Below are positions 1 through 9,368 of a stretch of DNA of 64,000 nucleotides, one piece after another. Below the pieces are notes generated by a model. It made no database searches. It was not told the origin of the DNA and worked only from the letters and a program-made list of their open reading frames with translations. Within the stretch, counting starts at the first letter, position 1, and each line of letters opens with the position of its first letter. The DNA lies in assembly GCA_035063585.1 (NCBI GenBank), contig JAPSGB010000013.1, positions 1-64,000 on the forward strand. The letters are read 5' to 3'. The position numbers and the translations under genes are program-made. Origin of the DNA: Polyangiaceae bacterium (GTDB lineage: Bacteria > Myxococcota_A > Polyangia > Polyangiales > Polyangiaceae).

Positions 1-129
1 GCCACCAGGGACTGGGCCCCCGTAGGCCCCGTTACGCTCAACCGGCCGCGCCCCCCGCGCAGGAAGGAGGACGCCGCCCGGAGCGCGGCGTAGACACATC
101 ATGTGCGACAACTACCTTGACGCTCACCG
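1..129 (+). mobile_element. 3' end of a probable IS3-family transposase (frame 1, stop at 91-93) plus candidate right end (~104-129)
   Basis: Frame 1 reads ATRDWAPVGPVTLNRP...*, resembling the C-terminal 'TR(N/D)W.P.G.V.LN' motif I recall from a subgroup of IS3-family transposases. It is followed by GCGACAACTACCTTGACGCTCACCG as a plausible element end. Only 30 codons are visible. Confidence 0.5.
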
Positions 130-343
130 GAAGGGCGCTACGCGGAGGCCTGCGCAGAGCGCGAGGTGGCACTGGCAGACCTGAGGACGAAGCTTGCCTT
201 GTTTGCGAGCATTCCTCCTGAGGCCGAGCTGATACGACCATTCTGCGACAGAACATCGAGCCCCTGAACGACAACGAAGCTGCTGTTCACTTCGAAGCAC
301 TCGTGGGGGCGGCGCAACACGCGGACGCGAATGAGCGAGCGCG

Positions 344-398
344 GCGCGCCGCGCTAGCTGCGCGAGCGCGCCGCGCTAGCTGCGCGAGCGCGCCGCGC
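344..398. repeat. 22-bp tandem duplication (GCGCGCCGCGCTAGCTGCGCGA x2.5) spanning the stop codon of the MYXO-CTERM gene
   Basis: Identical units at 344-365 and 366-387, plus a partial unit at 388-398. Confidence 0.85.
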
Positions 399-1137
399 GG
401 CGGCGCGCGAGGAGCGCGGCGGCGAGCGCGAGCCCCGCGACGCTCGACGGCGAGCTCGACTCGCTCCTGGCGCTCACCCGACAGCCGCAGCCGCCATCCT
501 CCTCGGGGGGCGGACGGAGCACCGTGCCACCTCCGGACGAGCCGCCCGTCGCGGGCGCGCCGCCGGCCGCGCCGCCGGCCGCGCCGCCAAGCCCACCTGG
601 GCTCCCGGCAGCTCCGGCGAGACCGCCTCCCCCGGCTGCGCCCCCACCTGCTCCAGCGCCCGCGGCGGCTCCCCCGGCCCCCGCGCTCGCGCCCGCGCCC
701 GCGTCACCGCCGGCGCCCGTGCCCGCCGTGCCGCCGCTCCCCGGAGCACCCGCGGCGCCCGAAGCACCCGCGCTGCCGCCGCCGCCGAGGCCGCCGGTCC
801 CCCCACTGCTCGGCTGCGGGCACTCATCGCCCGAACCGGAAGCACCCGCGCCCCCGGGGGCGAGCTGGCTGCAGCGCCCTCCCTGGCAGAGCGCTCCCCA
901 CGCGATGCACTTGCAGTCATTCGACGAGCTACAGGTCCCTCCGCTCGGATCGCAGTGCACGGGCGCGCAGCGCCGATCGTCACCGAGCCGCATGCATATC
1001 CGACCGCCGCACACGTTTCCCCCGCTGTCCACGCAGTCGCCGTCGACGTTGCATTCGACGATCGCCGCCGAGGCGACGCGGGCGCCCGCGAACGAGAACG
1101 CGAGCATCAGGGAGGCCAGCGCTACCGGTACTCTCAT
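376..1137 (-). CDS. Secreted Cys-rich protein with Gly-rich linker and MYXO-CTERM-type sorting tail
   Basis: Signal peptide MRVPVALASLMLAFSFAGARVASA, Cys-rich domain, Gly/Ala linker, and C-terminal DGGCGCRV...LALAAALLARRR. Confidence 0.8.
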   Translation of the reverse strand: MRVPVALASLMLAFSFAGARVASAAIVECNVDGDCVDSGGNVCGGRICMRLGDDRRCAPVHCDPSGGTCSSSNDCKCIAWGALCQGGRCSQLAPGGAGASGSGDECPQPSSGGTGGLGGGGSAGASGAAGAPGSGGTAGTGAGGDAGAGASAGAGGAAAGAGAGGGAAGGGGLAGAAGSPGGLGGAAGGAAGGAPATGGSSGGGTVLRPPPEEDGGCGCRVSARSESSSPSSVAGLALAAALLARRRAARSRS

Positions 1138-1372
1138 CCGAGTCTCCTCCGAGCCGGTCGCGTGCCGCGACCCGGTGAGGCATGGTAGCATGACGGATCG
1201 CGCCGTATCGGCCGCAATCCTCGCTCGGGGCTCAGGCTCCCACCGCTTCGAAGAGCGGTCGCAGGCGTTTCACAACCGTGCATCCGTTGCGTAGCCATCA
1301 GGCAGATTTGAGCGGGATCTTGCGACGTCATCCGGCGGCACGAGACGTGCTTGCCCTTCGGGTTGGGTATCC

Positions 1373-2461
1373 ATGACCTCTGGGCATTGGTGTCGTTTCG
1401 GCGCGGTGGCGCTCGCACTCATCGCGTGCTCTGGAGAAGACGAGCGCCCGAGAGCCTTTGCCGCCACCGGCGGAGCGAGCGGCAGCGGAGGCGCGTCGAG
1501 CGGTGGTACCGGGGCGGGTAGCGGCGCGGGCGGGCGCGCGGGCGCGGGCGGTGAAGCTGGCGGGGACGCGAGCGCCGGCGGCGGCGGCGAGTCCGGGGTC
1601 GGCGGCGGAGCCGGCAGTGACGGCGGAGCGGGAACCAGCGGGAGCGGCGGGGCCGCGGGCTTCGGCGGCGCAGCGGGCACGCCGAACACCGGCGGCACCG
1701 GCGGCGGAACGAGCGGGGCCGGAGGGCAAGACGGCGGCGGCGCGACCGACGGCGGAGGCGCCGCCGGCAGCGCGGGCAGCGAGGGCGGCGGGCTGCCCGT
1801 CTGGTCCTGCGACGGAGACTACGCTTACTGGGCACCTTCGACGACGGACTTCAGCCAGACGTATCCCCCTGCTCTCGCCGACGCGCTCACCGAGATCTCT
1901 GGCGGGGCGCACCCGACCTCGCTCGTCTTGCACATGAAGAATGGCTCGCTCCAGGCGGCCCTCTCGGCGACCCGCTCGGGCTCCTCGGGCCTGGAGGTGT
2001 TCTTGCCCGGGAAGGCGCCTGCGCTCGTACCGGTCGTGGAGGCGTTCGGAAATCCGCCGGGGATCACGAGCGCGGCGCCGCTGCCGACGGGCTACTTGCG
2101 GTTCGTAGACCAGAGTGGGCCGGTCGAGCTCGCGGTCGAGCGGATTCAGTGGATCGCGCGCCAAGGGTCGGGCTGCGGGGAGATGACCGTGCAGGTGTAC
2201 GCAAACGTCGCTCGGTCAGACTACGCCACCATCGTTCATCTAAGCTCGGGCGATCGAACCCTCGGTGAGCTCGCGGGGGTCGGTGAGGCGGATGGCGGCT
2301 CGGGCAGCGGAGTCGACTCGGGGATCGGCCCGCTCGATGGCGGGGCCTGCGAGGGCGGCGCGGCTTCGGACGGCGGGTGCCCTCCGCCTCCGGCTGAAGA
2401 GATCGTCATCGCGTTTTCGTTCTCGGGCACCCCGATGTCCTTCGATTTCAGCACGTTATGA
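1373..2461 (+). CDS. Hypothetical lipoprotein with Gly-rich linker
   Basis: Lipobox LALIAC, long Gly/Ala/Ser spacer, then a globular C-terminal domain. Co-oriented 31 bp upstream of the next gene. Confidence 0.75.
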   Translation: MTSGHWCRFGAVALALIACSGEDERPRAFAATGGASGSGGASSGGTGAGSGAGGRAGAGGEAGGDASAGGGGESGVGGGAGSDGGAGTSGSGGAAGFGGAAGTPNTGGTGGGTSGAGGQDGGGATDGGGAAGSAGSEGGGLPVWSCDGDYAYWAPSTTDFSQTYPPALADALTEISGGAHPTSLVLHMKNGSLQAALSATRSGSSGLEVFLPGKAPALVPVVEAFGNPPGITSAAPLPTGYLRFVDQSGPVELAVERIQWIARQGSGCGEMTVQVYANVARSDYATIVHLSSGDRTLGELAGVGEADGGSGSGVDSGIGPLDGGACEGGAASDGGCPPPPAEEIVIAFSFSGTPMSFDFSTL

Positions 2462-2492
2462 CCGTTCTTGAGTGTCTTTCGGGAGAGCGACG

Positions 2493-5400
2493 ATGACCAA
2501 GACCCCATCTCTCGCACGCCGAAGCGGCTGGCTCGCGCTGCTCATGCTGCTCCTCGCCGCGTTCGTGGCGGTGAGCTGCTCGGGGGAGCCCCCAGCGCCT
2601 CCCGCGACGCTCGGCTCCGGCTCGGACGCCTCGACGCCGGACTCGAGCACCGGATCGCGCGACTGCTCGCGTCCCGGCCCAGGGTGCGCCTGCGACGACG
2701 AGGGCGCGCAGGTGAAGTGCGGCGAGGTGGTCCGAAAGGACCAGGGCCAGACGATCTGCGGCCCCGGGGTCAGCACCTGCATCGATGGGCGGTGGTCGGA
2801 TTGCGCGATCAATTACTCCGATCTCGTCTCCGTCCCCGATGCGCCGCCCGGGTTCGAGGCGCGCGGGCTCGGCACGCCGACGCCGTGCACCAACAACCCG
2901 TGTGATCCGTACTGCGTCACCTACCCCGATACTCCGGGCGGCCTGGTGGACGCCGGCACCAACCTCGACGCGAGCGACGCCGGTCTCACGCCTACCACCG
3001 ACGCCGGCAGCTTGCCGTGCGGCGCGAGGACGTGCGCGTCCCTCGGTAAGAACTGCGGAAACTGGGGCAACGGCTGCGGCGGAGTGCTCACCTGCGGGAC
3101 CTGCACGGGCGGGGAGACGTGCGGGGGAGCCGGAACGCCCGGCGTATGCGGCACGCCCCCGCCGCTCTGCGTCCCGACCACCTGCGCGGCGCTCGGGAAG
3201 AACTGCGGCACGATGTCAGACGGTTGCGGCAACACGCTGAACTGCGGCAGTTGCCCCGTTGGGCAGACCTGCGGCGGGAGCGGGACGCCCTCCGTGTGCG
3301 GCAGCCCATGGTCGACCTGCACTCCGAAGACCTGCTTTCAGCTCGGCGCGACCTGCGGGCCGATGGCCGACGGCTGCGGCAACCTGCTCAATTGCGGCTC
3401 ATGCCAGTCGCCGCAGACCTGCGGAGGCGGCGGCGTGCCGTCGCAGTGCGGCACGCCGGCCGGCTGCACCGGTCTCTGTCCCTACCAGCAGCAGAATTGC
3501 GCGGCCGGCGTGACGACCAAGATCACCGGCACCGTGTACGCGCCGAACGGCGACGAGCCGCTGCCGAACGCGATCGTCTACGTGCCCAACGGCGCCGTGC
3601 AGCCGTTCGCCGCCGGCGTCTCCTGCGACAACTGCGCGGTGGCCTCGGGCGATCCGCTGGTGAGCACCACGACCGCGGTCGACGGCACCTTCACGATCAA
3701 CAACATGCCGGCGACCGCGAACGTCCCGCTCGTGATCCAGATCGGCCGCTGGCGGCGACAGTTCACCATACCGAACGTCCCCGCCTGTCAGACGACGAAC
3801 CTGAACGTCACCCTCCGAGGCACCTACGGAAACCCGCCCATTCGTTTCCCCAAGAACAAGGCCGAGGGCGACATTCCGAAGATCGCGATCTCGACGGGAT
3901 GCGTGGACGCCATGGAATGCGTCCTGCGGAAGATGGGGGTCGACGACTCCGAGTTTAGCAACCCGAGCGGATCGGGGCGGATCAACTTCTATCGCGGCGG
4001 TTACTGCCCGGGCACTTATAAAGGTAGTGCGAGCAACACTCCATGGGAATCAAGTCTTCTCTCATCCACCGCCGCACTAAGCAAGTACGACATGGTATTG
4101 TTCCCCTGTCAGGGCGCACAATTCGCTTATTCTGGTTGGAATACACACACGACTTATCAGAACAACCTAGCGAACTACGCGAATAGCGGCGGCCGAGTCT
4201 TTGCAACCCATTATAGCTACATTTGGCTGTATGATGACGGCGGATGGTATTACGGATCCCCGCTGAGCAACGCGTTCAACTGGAACATCAACGCGGGCGC
4301 TTGGAACTCCGGCACCGGCTATATCCAGACCGGCTTCGCACGCGGGTCGCTCTTGGCGAACTGGCTCTACCTACCTGCGGTCGGCGCCTCGACCACGTTC
4401 GGTCAGATCCCCCTCGACGTCATTCGAAAGGATTACAACAGCGTCAACGCCTCGACGACGACCAATTGGATGAACATGACGAAGAGCGGTAGTACGTTCT
4501 CCGTCCACGCGACCTTCGACACGCCGCTGAACCAGCCCGCCTCCGCGCAGTGCGGGCGCGTGGTGTTCAGTGACTTCCACGTGGAAAATCACGCCAACTC
4601 GCAGATTGCCTTTCCGACCGAATGCGACGCCGGCGGCACCGCCCTCACCGCCCAGGAGAAGCTGCTCGAGTACATGCTCTTCGATCTCGCGTCCTGCGTC
4701 GGCTCGACGCCGCCGCCGCCCGCTTGCACCAAGCGCACTTGCGCGCAGCAGGGCGTGACCTGCGGGCAGACCGGCGACGGCTGCGGCGGGACGCTGACGT
4801 GCGGTTCGCCGTGCCAGCCTCCCGCGTGCGTGCCGACGACCTGCGCGGCGCAGAGCCTCTCCTGCGGCGTGACCGGCGACGGTTGCGGCGGGACGCTCGA
4901 TTGCGGCACCTGCACCGGGTCGCAGACGTGCGGCGGCGCCGGCGTTCCCGGTCAGTGCGGGACCCCGCCGCCGTCTTGCACCCCGACCACCTGCGCCGCG
5001 CAGGGCCTCGCGTGCGGTCAGGCCGGCGACGGCTGCAGCGGGACGCTCGATTGCGGCACGTGCACCGCGCCGGACACCTGCGGCGGCGGCGGGATGCCCG
5101 GCCAGTGCGGGCACGCCGATATCTTCAACGAGGGCGAGTTCGTTCGCACCTACGACACGAGCGGCTGCCCCTCGGGCACGCAGCCCGTGTGGGGTCTGTG
5201 GTCGTGGAACTCGACCACGCCGGGGGACTCGCGCATCGAGTTCAGGGTGCAGACCGCCGCGACGCTCGCCGGGCTGGCGAGCGCGCCGAAGGATCCGCTG
5301 AAGTTCTCGAATCCGCCGGGCCCCGGGGCTCTGGTCGGGCAGCAGTGCGTCGCGCACCAGGCTGGCCAACCCGCTGGCTCGCCGAACACCCAGGTCGGCT

Positions 5401-5555
5401 CCGCGAGCGTGAACGCCACCCTCGCCAACGCCGGTCGCTTCACGCACTTCCCGTACGTCCGGATCACCTCGACCCTCAAGCCGACGACCGACAAGCTCCA
5501 GGGTCCGCTGCTCACCTCATGGAACCTCCAGGTGAGCTGCCAGCCCGCCGAGTGA
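2493..5555 (+). CDS. Large Cys-repeat surface lipoprotein (~1020 aa) with central carboxypeptidase-regulatory-like beta-sandwich domain
   Basis: GGGAGAG RBS before ATG 2493 and lipobox FVAVSC. Five full and one truncated 'C.P.TC...G..CG...DGCG..L.CG.C....TCGG.G.P..CG' repeats flank an 'ITGTVYAPNG..PLPNAIVYVP' domain. Confidence 0.8.
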   Translation: MTKTPSLARRSGWLALLMLLLAAFVAVSCSGEPPAPPATLGSGSDASTPDSSTGSRDCSRPGPGCACDDEGAQVKCGEVVRKDQGQTICGPGVSTCIDGRWSDCAINYSDLVSVPDAPPGFEARGLGTPTPCTNNPCDPYCVTYPDTPGGLVDAGTNLDASDAGLTPTTDAGSLPCGARTCASLGKNCGNWGNGCGGVLTCGTCTGGETCGGAGTPGVCGTPPPLCVPTTCAALGKNCGTMSDGCGNTLNCGSCPVGQTCGGSGTPSVCGSPWSTCTPKTCFQLGATCGPMADGCGNLLNCGSCQSPQTCGGGGVPSQCGTPAGCTGLCPYQQQNCAAGVTTKITGTVYAPNGDEPLPNAIVYVPNGAVQPFAAGVSCDNCAVASGDPLVSTTTAVDGTFTINNMPATANVPLVIQIGRWRRQFTIPNVPACQTTNLNVTLRGTYGNPPIRFPKNKAEGDIPKIAISTGCVDAMECVLRKMGVDDSEFSNPSGSGRINFYRGGYCPGTYKGSASNTPWESSLLSSTAALSKYDMVLFPCQGAQFAYSGWNTHTTYQNNLANYANSGGRVFATHYSYIWLYDDGGWYYGSPLSNAFNWNINAGAWNSGTGYIQTGFARGSLLANWLYLPAVGASTTFGQIPLDVIRKDYNSVNASTTTNWMNMTKSGSTFSVHATFDTPLNQPASAQCGRVVFSDFHVENHANSQIAFPTECDAGGTALTAQEKLLEYMLFDLASCVGSTPPPPACTKRTCAQQGVTCGQTGDGCGGTLTCGSPCQPPACVPTTCAAQSLSCGVTGDGCGGTLDCGTCTGSQTCGGAGVPGQCGTPPPSCTPTTCAAQGLACGQAGDGCSGTLDCGTCTAPDTCGGGGMPGQCGHADIFNEGEFVRTYDTSGCPSGTQPVWGLWSWNSTTPGDSRIEFRVQTAATLAGLASAPKDPLKFSNPPGPGALVGQQCVAHQAGQPAGSPNTQVGSASVNATLANAGRFTHFPYVRITSTLKPTTDKLQGPLLTSWNLQVSCQPAE

Positions 5556-5661
5556 CCGCGCGCCCTCGAGCGCGGTGAGGGCGCCGAGACCGTCCGCCGC
5601 GCGACCTCATTGGGACGATCTGGGCTCCCGTTCGGCCCGCGAACCGGCTATCTTTCCGGCC

Positions 5662-6279
5662 ATGCGGCTCGGAAGCATCACGCGAACCTCGGGCGCGCTC
5701 CTCGTGGCGCTGGGAGCGGCGTGGTGCGCTGCGGCGTGCTCGTCGAGTGACTCGACCGGCGGCGGGAGCGGCGGCGCGGACGCCGCCGCGGGCGGCGCGG
5801 CGAACACCGGCGGCGCGGCGAACACCGGCGGCGCCGGTAACACCGCGGGCAGCGCGAACACCGGAGGCGCGGAAGCCGGCGCGGGGCTCTGCGACAACCC
5901 GTCGGACCGAGTCGCGGTCGACGAGAGCTACCCGGTGAGAGACCTCGACGGCGACACCGTCGAGCTGCCCTATAACCGCATCGCGCGCCAGTGCGGGCTC
6001 GACTGCATCACCGAGCCGACCGACGAAGCGCAGTCGGCCTGCGCCATCTCGTGCCTGCAAGACGAGACGAACCACGCGGTCTCCGAGGGCTGCACCTCGT
6101 GCGTCATCGCCGCGGTGCTCTGCGGGCGCGACAACTGCCTGAACTACTGCCTGTCGCCGGACGACTGGGACGGCTGCGTCCGCTGCCTCTGCGGCGAGAA
6201 CATCCTCGGGGTGAACTGCATGGCGACCAAGTACGAGCCGTGCGCCGGCATCCCGAGCACGACCTGCCCGGTGGACTGA
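5662..6279 (+). CDS. Hypothetical Cys-rich lipoprotein
   Basis: Lipobox AAAC, GGAANT repeats, and a C-terminal domain with several CxxxC/CxxC motifs. TATCTT lies 7 nt before the ATG. Confidence 0.7.
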   Translation: MRLGSITRTSGALLVALGAAWCAAACSSSDSTGGGSGGADAAAGGAANTGGAANTGGAGNTAGSANTGGAEAGAGLCDNPSDRVAVDESYPVRDLDGDTVELPYNRIARQCGLDCITEPTDEAQSACAISCLQDETNHAVSEGCTSCVIAAVLCGRDNCLNYCLSPDDWDGCVRCLCGENILGVNCMATKYEPCAGIPSTTCPVD

Positions 6280-6321
6280 GCGCGGCGCTCGCGAGCGGCG
6301 CCGCTCGGCCGCTCGCCCGCC

Positions 6322-7719
6322 TCACGGCCCGACGTGCGACGGCTTTCCGGCGAGCTGATCCGACACCCACTTGGTGAGCGCGACCCCGCCCACGGTGCGC
6401 GTATAAAACGCGCTCCCGCCGAGGCTCGTGTGGTCCGTCCCGCCGAACAGGAACGAGCCGAAGCTCGCGTTCGCCTGGAGCTTCGAGCGCGCGTCGGTGA
6501 GCCCTGCGGCAAAATCAGCCGCCGGCATGTTGCCGAAGAGCGTGTTGCAGTCGTTCGCCCCATAGCCGAAGAAGGTGCGGATCACGCTGTCTTCGGTGCT
6601 CTCGATGAGCCCCTGGGTGCGAGTCGAGTGCGTCTTCGCGAGGTGGCCGACGTAGTCGAGCAGGTAATCGTCGTGGGTCGGGCAGTCCGCACCGCAGTCC
6701 TTCAGGATCGTCTTGTCGAGACCCCAGAGCTGCCGGAACTGATCCTGAAGGCAGGTCTCGAGGTACTGGCCGGACATCGGCGGGCCCGAGTCGTCGATGA
6801 GATCGACTGGTGTGCAGCCGAACGCACGCTGCACCTGATCGTAGTTTGCCGCAGCGCCGAACCCGCCCGCGCTCACGCCGGTGAGCAGCACGCGCGTCGC
6901 GCTCGGGAAGCTCGGCACGATCCGTTTCAGATAGCTCCCGACGTTCGTGTATCCGACGAACTGCTGCGCCGTCCCCCCCGAGGGCTTACCGCCGGGGTTG
7001 TCGCCCGCGTGCACGTCGCCCGTGCAATAAGGGATATAGACGTAGTTCCAGTCACGCACCGGGTTCGCCGCCTTCGAACGATCGAACACGCCGGCCTTCC
7101 CGCCCGCGTTGCGCCACGAATTGTACTCGGACTGCCCGAACTTCGACGGGTTCGCCATGCACGTCATGGTGTTGAAGCACGCGCCGCCGCCCTCGAGGAA
7201 CACCATGACCTCGCTCGACGCGCCGTGGAAGTTGATCGCAAAGCCGGTCGCCGAGCCGTCGCGGCACTTCGCGCCCGGGACGTTGATCCATTGCCACTGA
7301 TCGTCGCCGGTGCTGGTCACCGGCGTCCCGGTCGCGCCGCCACCGCAGCCGCCGCCGGCGCCCGCCGCGCCACCGGTCCCGCCTGCGCCACCGGTCCCGC
7401 CTGCGCCGCTCGCTCCGCCAGCGCCGCCCGACGCGCCCGCGCTGCCAGCCGCGCCCGCTCCGCCCCCGGTGCCCGCGCCGCCCGCGGCGCCTGCGCTCCC
7501 GCCCGTGCTCGGCGAGCCTGCCGCGCCCCCGGTGTTCGCGCCGCCCGCGCCGCCCGAACCTGGGGTTCCGCCACTAGCGGATTCGCCGCCCGCGCCCGCG
7601 CCGGACGCGCCGCCCGCGGCCGCCGCGCCGCCGCTCGACTCATCCGAGCCTCCACAGCCGGCCGCGAGGGCAAGAGCCGACATCCCGAGCGCCACCCAGA
7701 GCCATCGCGCGTTTCGCAT
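6322..7719 (-). CDS. Pectinacetylesterase-family (Notum-like) hydrolase lipoprotein
   Basis: Lipobox LAAGC, then C.DGS, FLEGGGAC, YIPYCTGDVH and the nucleophile motif GVSAGG. Confidence 0.85.
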   Translation of the reverse strand: MRNARWLWVALGMSALALAAGCGGSDESSGGAAAAGGASGAGAGGESASGGTPGSGGAGGANTGGAAGSPSTGGSAGAAGGAGTGGGAGAAGSAGASGGAGGASGAGGTGGAGGTGGAAGAGGGCGGGATGTPVTSTGDDQWQWINVPGAKCRDGSATGFAINFHGASSEVMVFLEGGGACFNTMTCMANPSKFGQSEYNSWRNAGGKAGVFDRSKAANPVRDWNYVYIPYCTGDVHAGDNPGGKPSGGTAQQFVGYTNVGSYLKRIVPSFPSATRVLLTGVSAGGFGAAANYDQVQRAFGCTPVDLIDDSGPPMSGQYLETCLQDQFRQLWGLDKTILKDCGADCPTHDDYLLDYVGHLAKTHSTRTQGLIESTEDSVIRTFFGYGANDCNTLFGNMPAADFAAGLTDARSKLQANASFGSFLFGGTDHTSLGGSAFYTRTVGGVALTKWVSDQLAGKPSHVGP

Positions 7720-7779
7720 GCCCCGAGGGTACGAGCGCCCGCTGGGTGAAGCAACGGCCAACCAGCCGGCCTAGGGAAA

Positions 7780-7839
7780 TTGTCGGGCCGGCGCGGAATC
7801 GCGCCGGGCGGTCATCGCGGTTCCGCGCCGGTCCGACAA
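7780..7839. repeat. REP-like imperfect palindrome (24-bp arms), copy 1
   Basis: Left arm TTGTCGGGCCGGCGCGGAATCGCG and right arm CGCGGTTCCGCGCCGGTCCGACAA. 22/24 positions pair and both mismatches would be G-U. Confidence 0.75.
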
Positions 7840-8101
7840 CAAAACTCCAGTCTCGCAGGACTCGCGTCCTCGGGAGCGCTCGGCGAGGACTCGCCGTGCG
7901 CGTCGTCCTCGCCACGAAGCATCGCGAAGGGCTCGCGGCCTTCGGGAGCGCGCGGGCCCGAGCGCGCGCTGAGCCGACGGCGAGCGCAGGTCGAGCCGGC
8001 CGGTCGTGCCGGTCGGCAGACTAGGACATTCTCCGTCATATCGTAGCCCGCGCGCTCCTTGAGCTTCGGCGCGAGGGTCGAGTACCTTCGGAGGTCCGCT
8101 C

Positions 8102-9364
8102 ATGCCGAAATTTCTGCACGCCGCTGACCTGCATATCGGCTCTGCGCTCACCAACCTCGAGCAGCGTGACGGCGCGCCGGTCGAGGCCATCCGCGGCGCC
8201 GTCGAGCGCGCGCTCGGCAACCTCGTCGAGCTCGCCATCGGTGAGGAGGTAAACTTCGTCGTCCTCGCCGGCGACACCTTCGACACCAACCCGACGCTCG
8301 CCTCGGAGCGGGTGTTTCGACGCGCCATGCGTCGCCTCGGGGAGCGCGGGATCCCGGTCGTCGCCGTGCTCGGTAATCACGATTTCGCCGGCCTCTCGCC
8401 GCAGGAGGGGCGCCTGCCGGACAACGTCACCGTGCTTTCGCGCGAAGCCGCCGAGTCCTTCGAGCCCGCACCGGGCGTCGTGGTGCACGGGCGGAGCTAT
8501 CCCCGGCGTGACTGCCGGGAGGACCTCACCGACGGTTTCCCCGAGGCGGTTCCCGGCGCGCTCAACATCGGGCTCTTGCACACCGCCCTCACGGACACGG
8601 CGCACGAGCCGTATGCGCCGACCTCGCCCGCCAAGCTCGGCGCGCTTCACTATCAATACTGGGCGCTCGGTCACGTGCACCAGCACTCGGTCATGAAAGA
8701 GAAGGGCGCGACCATCGTCTTCCCGGGCAACTTGCAAGGCCGGCACGCCCGAGAGACGGGCGCGAAGGGCGCGAGCGTCGTGAGCTACGACGGCACGGGG
8801 GTCAGAGGCGTCGAGCACCGAGCGCTCGACGTCGTGCGGTGGCATCACCTGCGCGTCGACGACGCGGAGCTCGCCGGTGACCGCGTCGAGGCGCTCGCCG
8901 CGCGGGTTCGCCGAGAGACGGCCGAAGATCGCAACCAGCAGCGGCTCTCGGTGGTGCGGCTGACGCTCACCGGCGTCCCGGCGGCTGGCGGGCGGCACGT
9001 GAGCCCCGACGCGCTCGCGAGCGATCTCGTGGTCGCGCTCGACGACGATCGCGACGGGATCTGGCTCGAGAAGGTCCTGGTCGAGCGGGGCCGTGACCTC
9101 GGCGGTGCTGACGGGCTCGAGCTCGAGCTCGCGGAGCTCACGCGGGCGCTGGTCGCCGAGGAAGCCGAGCGGGAAGCTCTGCTCCAGGCGGTGGCTCATG
9201 TGCGAAAGCAGCTCCGCAAGACCGACGCGTCGCTGCTCCGCGCGAGCCACGACTGGGCGCTCCCGGCGGAGCTGCGGCTCCGAGATGGAGACCCCCTGTC
9301 GCAGGACGACGCGGTGGCGCTGCTCGCGCGCGCGCTCGACGTCATCCTCGACGCGCGGAGTTGA
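8102..9364 (+). CDS. Mre11/SbcD-like metallophosphoesterase DNA nuclease (YhaO-like)
   Basis: All five phosphoesterase motifs are present: AADLH, AGDTFD, GNHD, LLH and LGHVH. PGNLQGRH..E.G.KG is typical of YhaO. Confidence 0.9.
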   Translation: MPKFLHAADLHIGSALTNLEQRDGAPVEAIRGAVERALGNLVELAIGEEVNFVVLAGDTFDTNPTLASERVFRRAMRRLGERGIPVVAVLGNHDFAGLSPQEGRLPDNVTVLSREAAESFEPAPGVVVHGRSYPRRDCREDLTDGFPEAVPGALNIGLLHTALTDTAHEPYAPTSPAKLGALHYQYWALGHVHQHSVMKEKGATIVFPGNLQGRHARETGAKGASVVSYDGTGVRGVEHRALDVVRWHHLRVDDAELAGDRVEALAARVRRETAEDRNQQRLSVVRLTLTGVPAAGGRHVSPDALASDLVVALDDDRDGIWLEKVLVERGRDLGGADGLELELAELTRALVAEEAEREALLQAVAHVRKQLRKTDASLLRASHDWALPAELRLRDGDPLSQDDAVALLARALDVILDARS

Positions 9365-9368
9365 GCCC

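Noticed and set aside
3985..4260. DGR variable region
   Set aside because: No reverse transcriptase or template repeat is in the window, the patch is mid-gene, and the bias affects synonymous positions generally.
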